The notes under the pieces are model-generated. The model was not told where the DNA came from, ran no database searches, and saw only the letters and a list, made by a program, of their open reading frames with translations. Made by a program: the position numbers and the translations under genes. From a virus: a stretch of DNA of 64,000 nt. This document shows positions 47,318 to 55,664 of the stretch, one piece after another; position 1 is the stretch's first letter; every line of letters begins with the position of its first letter. The stretch covers positions 112,946-176,945 of the IMG/VR virus record IMGVR_UViG_3300044959_000131, one strand, 5' to 3'.

Positions 47318-49114
47318 TCACCTCCTTTCTTCTCGATTCACCTCTACGATTCGCGCCCACGGTGGAACGTAGGACCTGTAGCGTCCACCGACGAGCGCGA
47401 CGATCACGGGGATGTGCGGTGGCTCTTCTGGCCATATACCATCGCCGTCAGTGACGACGACGATGACGTCCGCACGCCACCCACGCCGAGGCTCACAAGC
47501 GCGGGCGATTCCCCAGCGGAGGTCTGTGCCCCCGCCACCGCTGTAGAGACCGAGGCGGGACACGTCGCGCGCCGAAGTCACACGCGCATCACCATGGACG
47601 GTTGTATCCACGGAGATCACGCGCACGCCTTCGGATCCACCGCCCACAACGGAGCGGCAGATGGCTGCGACGACGCTCGCCACCTCGCGGCCCGTGTTGC
47701 TCATCGAGCCAGATGTGTCCAGCACGATGGAGACACGAGCCGATGTACGGACACCGCCCGGCACGAGACGGCCAGAGGCGATGGACGGTGCCCATCGTGG
47801 TCTGGAGTAGCTCGGGGATTCTTCGCCCCGGCGGTTCGTCAGCTCGACGCCGAGGTAGGCTCTCAATCGGCGCTCCCACCGATTTGCCTCGGCCGAGCTC
47901 GCCCGCTGACCTTCCTCCCACTGGTCGACCCAAACGAGCCAACCGCCAGGCAGATGACCCCGGCCTTTGGACCCTTTTGGGCCTTTCCCCTTCTCGGCCT
48001 CGCGCACCGCTTTGGCGACCTCCTTGCGGATCTGCTCGGCCTCCGCCTCGGTTCGGCCTTTCTCGGCGTCTTCCGGGCGTTCCCACGGGGCGGGTTTCCC
48101 CGTACAAGCGGACCCCCCCGCGCAGCACCGCTCGCGGGGGGAAGAGGAGACAGGACTACCGGGACCCGAGTGCTGCTCAGACGCAGAGTCACCGTGGTCA
48201 TGCGGGGATCCATTCGATGAGTCTGCGCTGGCCCCAGACGAGGCAGGGTACGAAGACCCCACGCCGCCATGGGATTCGTCCCCGGCGGAGCCGGTCGACC
48301 CATGGCCATCGAGTGTCGTGGCTGGGGTAGCTCCGGAGGGGGCGGTGGGGTCCCCACCCGTAGGACCCTCCGATCTTCCTCCGGTGCCCGGTGTCAACTG
48401 CCCACCGGCGCCTGGTGACTGCCCACCAGACGAACCTTCGCCACCAGGCTCAGGAGACGCGCCTCCTGACCCTGAACCAGCCCCATTCCCACTGGATGGC
48501 GTGGCCACACCGTCCAGTGAGGAGTCCTGTCCCCTCCTCCCGCCGTGAGAGAGAGGACGCTGCAACTGCAGGGCCTTGTAGTACTTCTCGGCCAACAGGC
48601 CGTTTGGGGCCCCGCAGTCGCGTGGGAGAATCGAGCGCACGCACTTGCACTCCGCTGGCCCAGGGCAATTGAGCGGCCATGGGCCGAGTGCAATCTGGCG
48701 CTCGATCGGGACGAGTGCAGCGATTGCCCTGGAGAGGTAGGGCCACCGCTGCACTGCCGCAGCGCGGGCAAGAGACAACGGGGACATACCGAGTCGCTTC
48801 GCCTCTTCCACGACCGATGGTCCCCGCCTCCAACAACCATCTGGTAACAGCTGCGCCAGCTGGTCGTCGTCGTTGATCTCGGCGTCCGCTGCGAGATTCC
48901 ACATTGTCGGAATCGCGCTCAGACGCCGACAACGCGCCGCATGGGCACGAACGACGTGCCCGACTTCATGAGCAAGGACGGCGGCGGCCTCTTCCACCGT
49001 CCATTGCGAGAGCGCCTCGAGCGACCAGTAGAGGCACCAGGCCTCACTGGTCGCAAGTGTCCATGATGTTCCCCCTTCGGGTCCGCGACGAACGGGGATC
49101 GACGACGCGCTCAC
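47318..49114 (-). CDS. DUF2201-type metallopeptidase-like plus vWA domain protein
   Basis: VLAHEVGH (HExxH), WNLAADAEIND, long G/S/P linker, MIDAS VLDTSGSMS...GGGGTD...VVVTDG; GTG start overlaps the ATPase stop. Confidence 0.85.
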   Translation of the reverse strand: MSASSIPVRRGPEGGTSWTLATSEAWCLYWSLEALSQWTVEEAAAVLAHEVGHVVRAHAARCRRLSAIPTMWNLAADAEINDDDQLAQLLPDGCWRRGPSVVEEAKRLGMSPLSLARAAAVQRWPYLSRAIAALVPIERQIALGPWPLNCPGPAECKCVRSILPRDCGAPNGLLAEKYYKALQLQRPLSHGGRRGQDSSLDGVATPSSGNGAGSGSGGASPEPGGEGSSGGQSPGAGGQLTPGTGGRSEGPTGGDPTAPSGATPATTLDGHGSTGSAGDESHGGVGSSYPASSGASADSSNGSPHDHGDSASEQHSGPGSPVSSSPRERCCAGGSACTGKPAPWERPEDAEKGRTEAEAEQIRKEVAKAVREAEKGKGPKGSKGRGHLPGGWLVWVDQWEEGQRASSAEANRWERRLRAYLGVELTNRRGEESPSYSRPRWAPSIASGRLVPGGVRTSARVSIVLDTSGSMSNTGREVASVVAAICRSVVGGGSEGVRVISVDTTVHGDARVTSARDVSRLGLYSGGGGTDLRWGIARACEPRRGWRADVIVVVTDGDGIWPEEPPHIPVIVALVGGRYRSYVPPWARIVEVNREERR

Positions 49115-50253
49115 CGCTTGTCACCTCCAGTCGCGACTTCTAGGAGGTCGGCGTAGCGGGCCGCCGCCGTCTCAACTTCGGCTGGCATGGGCTTATTACG
49201 CCAGACGGGGTCGGCGGACCTCGCCCTCGCCAGTGTTCTTGCCGCGCCGAGCGAGAGGTCCGCATCGACGCGGGCGATGTACTGCCAGGCGGCAGCCCAT
49301 CTCGATTCTCGCTGTGGGTGATCGGCGCACGCCGCAGCGGCGACGGCCTCACACGCAGCCTGAGCCGCGTCGAGGCGCGTCGGCACAGGCGCGTTGAGAG
49401 GATCGAGAAGGACCCGCTCTGGATCTGGCAGGTCCGAGGCCTGGACCCACGCCAGAAACTCTTCGGCTGCGCCCTCTCCGACGCAGCCCGCAATGGCGGT
49501 GCACGCCGCCATCACGTTCCCACCCGCCGCGGCAAGGAGGCGGGAGGCGTTATCCCACGACCTCGGTGAGGGCCAGGCCTGGCCCTGCTTCGTGGGATCC
49601 TTCGGAAGGACGAGAAGGGGTGGCTTCGAGCCCGGAGCGCCCCCATCCTTCCGGTGGCTGTCCGTGGCGGTCTGCGCCGCCAGGACATATCCCGCGACCA
49701 GCGCCCGCGCTGCGGCGAGCGCAGGCGTCTGCGGTCGGCCCCAACCGCTCTTGGCCCCCTCGGCCCACGCCATGGGGTCCACTTTCCACTGAAAGTGGGC
49801 CCAGCGGTTGGCCGATGAGGGCCCCAGCTCGCCGCAATCCTCGCCCCAATCGGGGGGATTGGCGGCCGCCAAGACGCGGAGACCCTTGAGGTTCAGTCCG
49901 GCAAACCGCTTGGACTGAACCAGGCAGAGAATCTCCGCTCTGGCACCGGAAGGCCAGGCGGTTAGTTCATCCAGGAACAGCCATGCCGGCAGCCCCTGGG
50001 AAAGCGCCTGGTGGAGTTCGAGTGCCCACTCAGGCGCCAGCTTCTTTGCCCGTCCGGCCGACAGGTCCGGGATAATGATCCCGGCCCAGTCCGCCCTCCG
50101 GGCGTCCTCGGCGGAAAGCGTTACGAGCGTTGCTCCCGCCTCTTCGGCAGCCGCCTCCACACAGGCGGTCTTGCCGACCCCCGGTGGTCCCCAGAGGAGC
50201 ACCGGGACATCCGCCTCTACAGCGAGGCGGACGGTCAGTGGTAATGAGTTCAT
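49111..50253 (-). CDS. MoxR-type AAA+ ATPase
   Basis: Walker A GPPGVGKT, Walker B LFLDE, AANPP, SANRW and SPRSW; SD AAGGGAGG before ATG 50253. Confidence 0.88.
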   Translation of the reverse strand: MNSLPLTVRLAVEADVPVLLWGPPGVGKTACVEAAAEEAGATLVTLSAEDARRADWAGIIIPDLSAGRAKKLAPEWALELHQALSQGLPAWLFLDELTAWPSGARAEILCLVQSKRFAGLNLKGLRVLAAANPPDWGEDCGELGPSSANRWAHFQWKVDPMAWAEGAKSGWGRPQTPALAAARALVAGYVLAAQTATDSHRKDGGAPGSKPPLLVLPKDPTKQGQAWPSPRSWDNASRLLAAAGGNVMAACTAIAGCVGEGAAEEFLAWVQASDLPDPERVLLDPLNAPVPTRLDAAQAACEAVAAAACADHPQRESRWAAAWQYIARVDADLSLGAARTLARARSADPVWRNKPMPAEVETAAARYADLLEVATGGDKR

Positions 50254-50287
50254 ATCCTCCCTTCTAAGTGGATGTCCGACCAATATT

Positions 50288-50295
50288 CTTATGCC
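50288..50295 (-). promoter_or_regulatory. Phage promoter-like motif GGCATAAG heading the ATPase-vWA-retron operon
   Basis: Same motif recurs intergenically upstream of many minus-strand units. Confidence 0.6.
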
Positions 50296-50599
50296 GATGA
50301 ATGCCCCGTTTTCTGTGGATGGCGCTGCGTTGAACATGGAACCATTCGGTCATCCATGCTCAATGTCCGTTTTTCATGGTCATCTACGGGGTTCATCTAC
50401 GTCCATTAGTAGACAAATGGCCGTAGGACAGTCTGAGGGCTCACGTATCCCATCCCTGAGTGGCCCTCCAATGGGTTCGCTCGTTCGTATTCTAATGGCC
50501 GTAGGCCCCTTCTGAACCCACGAGAATTCCTCACGTGACAGGAGTTCGGCGCCACGAGGGAAATGACGGGTTCATGGTCTCCCAGGTAGACCAGATTCA

Positions 50600-50820
50600 A
50601 CCCCTGAATCCCCTCTGAAACCCCCCCCTCATCCCTACCCCCATCATTATTCCCATCCCCACCACCATCCCATCCCCCATACTCCCCATCTCTTCACCAT
50701 CCCATCCCTCCCCTCACCACTGTCCCTCATGTCCCTCACCCCCACTCACTCACCCCCCTCACCACTCACCACTGTGTTCCCCACACCACTTCCTCACGCC
50801 AGCCCCCTCCCCTGGCCTGG
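50600..50820 (-). other. Extremely G-rich (minus strand) non-coding tract with G-quadruplex potential
   Basis: Plus strand is almost free of G and has many CCC+ runs; no ORF of 60 aa or more. Confidence 0.6.
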
Positions 50821-50896
50821 TTCAGATGCTGGGTTCCAATGAGGGCTAACAAAGAGAGGACCCAACTGGACCCCTCCTTGCGCCCCGACATCCGGT

Positions 50897-51202
50897 TCAA
50901 GCCTTGACGCCGGACTGTTGAGTGAGGGTGTGGATGACCCGAGCGAGCTGGTTTTTCATAGCGTCGCTCAGGGTCCTGATCTGGGCACGGTAGATCTCGA
51001 TCTCCAACAGCACGAGACCGAGGGACTCCTCCCTCCCCTCCTTGACGCCCCTGGCAAACTCCTGGATCTGCTTCTCCAGCTGCCGGGCCCTCTCGAGGAC
51101 CCAGCCGTCGATGAGTGGATTATCGGCGGCGACAATGAGGTCCTGAGACGCTCCGAGGAGCTCGTCAGCGACCTGGTTCATGACCATACGAAGTTCATCC
51201 AT
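50897..51202 (-). CDS. Helical hypothetical protein
   Basis: SD GGGGAGG before MDEL at 51202. Confidence 0.6.
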   Translation of the reverse strand: MDELRMVMNQVADELLGASQDLIVAADNPLIDGWVLERARQLEKQIQEFARGVKEGREESLGLVLLEIEIYRAQIRTLSDAMKNQLARVIHTLTQQSGVKA

Positions 51203-51247
51203 GGTTTTACCTCCCCTGGATTGCAGTGAATTTCCCATCTGGGAGGA

Positions 51248-51679
51248 TCAGCGCTCCTCTTCAGGGCCAGAGGCCCTGTGGAGGAGTTTGGTGATGGTCT
51301 CGATGTCATCGAGACCATCCCTGAGAATCTCGATGACATCGAGGAGATACCCGCTCCCCTCGTGGAGGACATCAATTTCATCACCCTGGACTTGAGAGGC
51401 CGAGACTTGGATCTGGACTGTGGCCTCGTCCTTCAATTCCTCAAGATGGCGGAGCCTCTCCTCTGCCATCCAGAGAATGTTCTGAATCCGGTCTACAGCC
51501 TCTTCCTTCGAGATGCCGCCCTCCATGAGGGCGATTAGGGCGCTTCGAGCCTTCTGGAGCTGATGCTCTCGAATGCCCATCGCCACATCCTTTGCAGTAT
51601 CCCTCAGATACTGCAACCTGTCGACCAAGTACCTTCGAGCTGCTCGTACAACGATTTCTGCGCCGTCAATCTTTTCCAT
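51248..51679 (-). CDS. Helical hypothetical protein
   Basis: SD GGAGG before MEKID; GGGATAAG upstream. Confidence 0.6.
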   Translation of the reverse strand: MEKIDGAEIVVRAARRYLVDRLQYLRDTAKDVAMGIREHQLQKARSALIALMEGGISKEEAVDRIQNILWMAEERLRHLEELKDEATVQIQVSASQVQGDEIDVLHEGSGYLLDVIEILRDGLDDIETITKLLHRASGPEEER

Positions 51680-51830
51680 GCGTGCGCCTCCAGGTGAATT
51701 AATGAAAGATGAAGGTTCTGACTCCATCCTTCTTATCCCCACGAGGCGCAGTCAGATTGAAATGGGAATGAAAGCTAAGAAGTAAGAAGAAGAGGCCCAG
51801 TCTGGACCTCTTCGATGCGAGAACCGGTTC

Positions 51831-52016
51831 TCACCGGTTCTCGCCGTCGCCCTCGTCCTCCTCCTTGCGCATCTCGCGCATCCGGGACCTCCGAGCCCGG
51901 ATGGAGGCCTCGAGAGCTTCGATGCTCGACTCGAAGTCATCCTGGAGTTTCCTGAGCTCACCCCAACGTCCGATGATTTCCTCAACTTCGGGAATGACAT
52001 TCTTGTTGTTCTTCAT
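51831..52016 (-). CDS. Small coiled-coil protein
   Basis: SD GGAGG; promoter motif at 52066; downstream hairpin. Confidence 0.6.
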   Translation of the reverse strand: MKNNKNVIPEVEEIIGRWGELRKLQDDFESSIEALEASIRARRSRMREMRKEEDEGDGENR

Positions 52017-52180
52017 ATTTGCGCCTCCATTGAAGAGAGGGTTTATTCCCCCTCTTGCTATGTGGCTTATCCCAAGTATGGGCGCATATTTTCCAGATGA
52101 GGGTCTTACTCGCCTTTACTCGCTAATCGGTAGGGCTATGAAGAAACGACTAGCCAAGGTTTAGAGGGCCACAGTGGTTA

Positions 52181-52360
52181 CCTTGTCTTGGGGGTATTTT
52201 TGATTTGTGGCCTTGTTGTGGAGAGACAACTCGTCGATGACCTTGCCTTGGGGTACTTGTAATGCCCCTGTCTTGGAGGGCATACCGGAGGGCTAAAAAG
52301 AAGGTTCCGTAGACCCCCCCCACTACCACTGGCTCAATTTTTTCTTGGGGTATTTTGAAG
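52181..52360. repeat. Short direct repeats CTTGGGG(G)TAYTT in non-coding DNA
   Basis: Copies near 52187, 52247 and 52344; related segment near 52967-52992. Confidence 0.5.
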
Positions 52361-52443
52361 GGGGGGGGTCCTCTCTATGGAATATATTGCCAGGAGGGAT
52401 AAAAAGATCCGGGGATTTTTAACACTCCCCGGAGCCGTTTGGT

Positions 52444-52626
52444 TCAGTTCTTCTTGGAGCGCACCCTTTCGATGGCGCTCCAGACGGAGATGCCGAACCT
52501 ACCGCCTAGGAACATACCGATGAGTCCGCCAACCCAGGACGGGTATCCGGATTCCTCGAACCTCAAGCCGAGTACTATCCCAACCACGATGGCTGGGATT
52601 ACGATGAACGAGAGCTCCTTGTCCAA
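52444..52626 (-). CDS. Small two-TM membrane protein
   Basis: SD AAGGAGG; two hydrophobic segments with glycine zipper. Confidence 0.6.
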   Translation of the reverse strand: MDKELSFIVIPAIVVGIVLGLRFEESGYPSWVGGLIGMFLGGRFGISVWSAIERVRSKKN

Positions 52627-52724
52627 TGGCCCTCCTCCTTTCGAATCTCACCCACTAGGGGCGACAGATTTGTGAACTGAGAAGTAAGAAAAGCCCCCGT
52701 GGGGGCTTGGCGGATCGAGGACCC

Positions 52725-52871
52725 TCACTTCGCGAGCAGGTCCTCGATCCGACGGCCGATCTCGTAGCCGACCCGGTAGCCGATCTTCCTCCCAGCCTTG
52801 TAGCTGGCGAGGCAGATCTTCTTCAGGGTACGGATATACAGACCGACCGCGTCCCTGATGATCTCCTTCAT
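52725..52871 (-). CDS. 48-aa cationic amphipathic peptide MKEIIRDAVGLYIRTLKK...IEDLLAK
   Basis: GGGATAAG at 52900, SD AAGGAGG and terminator AAGCCCCC-GGGGGCTT; below the ORF cutoff. Confidence 0.7.
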   Translation of the reverse strand: MKEIIRDAVGLYIRTLKKICLASYKAGRKIGYRVGYEIGRRIEDLLAK

Positions 52872-53011
52872 AGTATTATTTCACCTCCTTTCCAGAGTCC
52901 TTATCCCAAGAAGGAAGTCATTTTTTAACCGGTCGAGAGGGATGTCCAAGAGGTGGGTATGGAGGTGGCTCAAAAAATTCCTGGGTATTCTGTGAATCGG
53001 CTCTGAAAACT

Positions 53012-53124
53012 AAAGAGAGAGGAGATGGCCCATGGCTAGGGTTCTCCTCTCTCGGGTCGCATTGGGTCGTATGGTTTGGAGGAAAGGAGAAACTGCGACC
53101 CACCGGGCTACTTCTTCCCGGCTA
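53012..53124 (-). ncRNA. Candidate sRNA with exposed anti-SD sequence
   Basis: GGTACAAG motif at 53130; stems 53103-53107/53117-53121, 53054-53061/53094-53101 (loop contains CTCCTTTCCTCC) and 53015-53025/53043-53053. Confidence 0.5.
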
Positions 53125-53164
53125 CTATTCTTGTACCTAGGAACAGGACATTTTTGCTTTGAAG

Positions 53165-53380
53165 GCTAAATGAGAGAGGAGCCATACGGGGCTCCTTTCT
53201 CTGGTCCCATGAGCCGGAGCTCAGGACCTGCCATAGGTGGGCACCCGCAGGTGCTCCACGTGGCAACCCAGAAACAAGTTGGTAATTAATTACCCAACCG
53301 TTTCCGTTCCCTCTTCTGTCTGATTTCATCACCCCAGGTCATGGGGGTGGGTCAAGGAGGTACTGCTCTCCCTGACCATA
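53165..53380 (-). ncRNA. Candidate structured ncRNA of about 210 nt
   Basis: GGAATAAG at 53384; six consecutive hairpins ending in a terminator; no SD-led ORF. Confidence 0.5.
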
Positions 53381-53546
53381 ACTCTTATTCCGAATTCACG
53401 CCTCTTTTTGAAAAGGAAGACAGAGTCTTAGAGCTAACAACAGGGGCAGGGAGATTCCTGCCCAATGACTTATCACGAAAAACCGAAGGAGTTTTCAGTT
53501 GAGGGGGCTGAGAGGTAAAGAAGGGGGGCCGAAGCCCCCGAGCGGT

Positions 53547-53960
53547 TTACACCTCGCTGTACTGCTGCGAGGTGGTCGCCTTCACGTCCTTGAAGAAGCC
53601 CTTTCCCTGCAGGGCCTTCTCCAGGGACTTTGCGACCTTCCGGTCGAACTCCCTCTCCTGCTCTTCCCGAGCCCGCTTCGCGCGGGCGGCGAGGCCCTCG
53701 CGGGCCACCTGGAGAATCTCTTCCCCTTCCACACGCACGCCATCGATTTCGATGGTAGATGTGATATTGCCGTCCCGGTCCAAAAACCCGGGGCCTCTCA
53801 ACAATTTCTTCTTGGCCTCATAGATGAGGCTAGGGATCGCCGGGATGATGAGCGTGGCAAGCCCCAGTGCGATAGTCAGGACGTCAATAGTGGTGGTGGA
53901 TTTCGTCAGCTTCTCAAGCTTCTTGATCTTCTTGTTGATCTTCTTGAGTTTATTGGTCAT
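53547..53960 (-). CDS. Membrane-anchored Lys-rich protein
   Basis: SD GGAGG; TM segment IDVLTIALGLATLIIPAIPSLIY. Confidence 0.65.
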   Translation of the reverse strand: MTNKLKKINKKIKKLEKLTKSTTTIDVLTIALGLATLIIPAIPSLIYEAKKKLLRGPGFLDRDGNITSTIEIDGVRVEGEEILQVAREGLAARAKRAREEQEREFDRKVAKSLEKALQGKGFFKDVKATTSQQYSEV

Positions 53961-54109
53961 ATGTCTGTCCTCCCATGATGGGAATTGAACGGAGCGAAAT
54001 GCTACCGTTCTCTACTGCTATTCTCCTTGTACCAAGAAATAGCTCCTTTTTGCTCTTAGGGCTAAAAAGAGGGGGTCTCATGACCACCCTCCCCCGAAGG
54101 TCATCTTCA

Positions 54110-54487
54110 TCAGCGGCAGAACTTGTCGCTGAAGATGACCTTCGTAACCCGGTCCGCAACCCTGCAGACCCGGGCTTTCCCGATGGGAAGCCCGGCGTCC
54201 TTCAGAGCCTGCATGACCGGGAATGGGACGAGGACGATGTCGATGCCCTCGTCCCGCTCCAGCTCAGCGAGAGCGGCCTTCACCGCCTCGCTGAGCCGGA
54301 ACTCAAGCTGGATGTCGGTGGTGCCCTTGATGCCGGGCACTGTCACTTCCACCGACTCCAGCATGAGCTCCTTCGCGCGCTCCGGGGAGCACGCTGGAAG
54401 CGTCTCCCCGGAGTCGAACGTGAACGGGTGCGGGCTGCTGAAATTCGCAACCCGCACGCCACTCTTGAGCTCGATGACAGGAACCAT
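54110..54487 (-). CDS. Hypothetical protein
   Basis: SD AAGGAGG before MVPVIEL; GGCATAAG at 54512; terminator downstream. Confidence 0.7.
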   Translation of the reverse strand: MVPVIELKSGVRVANFSSPHPFTFDSGETLPACSPERAKELMLESVEVTVPGIKGTTDIQLEFRLSEAVKAALAELERDEGIDIVLVPFPVMQALKDAGLPIGKARVCRVADRVTKVIFSDKFCR

Positions 54488-54602
54488 TCTATCACCTCCT
54501 TTCTTGGGATTCTTATGCCCATTAAAAGGATGCTTCTGCATGTCCCGGAGAGCTAAAAAGAAGAGCTAAGAAAACGGACCCAAACTTCGGGTCCGTCGGT
54601 GG

Positions 54603-55223
54603 TCAGCGGGACGGGGGCCTCACCCGGATGAAGCCCCACCACGCCTCTGGCTCCCGCCACGACAGCTCGGCCAGCCGCTCGTCATCGACTCCCGAGTCGA
54701 TGAACACAGCGAACCAGGACCTGCCCTCCTCGTCGAGGATGTCGAGGGCCGCGCTCAACTTCTCGCGGCCCTCATCAGCCTCCTTCAGAAGGAGGTCGAG
54801 GCTGTGCAGGTCATCGCGCGTGAGCAGCCATCGGCGCGCCATGGCCGTCGCGTGGCTTTCCCGCGCGGCCACCGCTCGCCGCACCTGCTCGAGCTCGTGG
54901 GCGAGCTCGTCGGCGAGGAAGCAGGCGTGCTCGACGAGCGCCGACCGCGTCTTCGCGGGCCGACTGTCCCACTCGTCAAGTGCCTCTGCCCAAGGACCCT
55001 CACCGGGGTCGAGTGAGAACAGCTCGTCGAGCGGGACGTCGGCGAAACGGGCGATGAGGGCGCGCGCGGTGGCGCGCTGCAAGGCCGTGCCCGCCGCTGC
55101 CTCGCGCACCTGGGTCTGAAGCCATGGCGCCGCGTTCCATTTCACCAGGTCTTCATTGAGACCCTTCGGAACTGGCACCTTGAGAGACTTGAACTTGAGA
55201 GACTTGAAATTGATCTTGTCCAT
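54603..55223 (-). CDS. Hypothetical helical protein with GC-rich body
   Basis: SD GGAGGAGGGG; terminator ACGGACCC/GGGTCCGT at 54574-54596. Confidence 0.7.
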   Translation of the reverse strand: MDKINFKSLKFKSLKVPVPKGLNEDLVKWNAAPWLQTQVREAAAGTALQRATARALIARFADVPLDELFSLDPGEGPWAEALDEWDSRPAKTRSALVEHACFLADELAHELEQVRRAVAARESHATAMARRWLLTRDDLHSLDLLLKEADEGREKLSAALDILDEEGRSWFAVFIDSGVDDERLAELSWREPEAWWGFIRVRPPSR

Positions 55224-55460
55224 AGTAGTCCCCTCCTCCTAGGGGGTTTGGAGAGGCGTTATGCCTCTCGCTTTAATTCCTTCTACCGAAAAAGTGTCAA
55301 ATTTTGCATTTTAGGGCAAAATGAGCACCTTAATGGGTTCCTAGAGGAGGAGAAACGCCTCAGAAAGAGGTCTGACAGCGAAAAAAGAGGCCTGGTGGAG
55401 GGTCTTCCCAGAGCCACTCAACCCGTGGAACGACGTATTTTGTCCCTTGGAGAGGCCCTC

Positions 55461-55664
55461 ATGAATGGAACTCTGGTCGTCACAATCAAAAAATGCGCTC
55501 GATGCCTTGAGACACACCCGGATTTGACGTTCTCCAGGCTTGATAACCCCATGATTGTAGAGTTCGACATCGATGGGTTGGAGGGAAAAAGGGTGTTTCA
55601 TTACTGGGCGATGTGCCCAATCAAGCAGGAACCGGTTCTTCTTGAGGTCTCCGACGCCGCCTGA
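55461..55664 (+). CDS. Small Zn-binding protein (CARC...H...WAMCP)
   Basis: SD GGAGAGG before ATG 55461. Confidence 0.55.
   Translation: MNGTLVVTIKKCARCLETHPDLTFSRLDNPMIVEFDIDGLEGKRVFHYWAMCPIKQEPVLLEVSDAA

Noticed and set aside
53315-53340. Hammerhead ribozyme core in the 53.2 kb RNA
   Set aside because: The sequence reads GTGATGA rather than CTGATGA, and the required three-way junction is not evident
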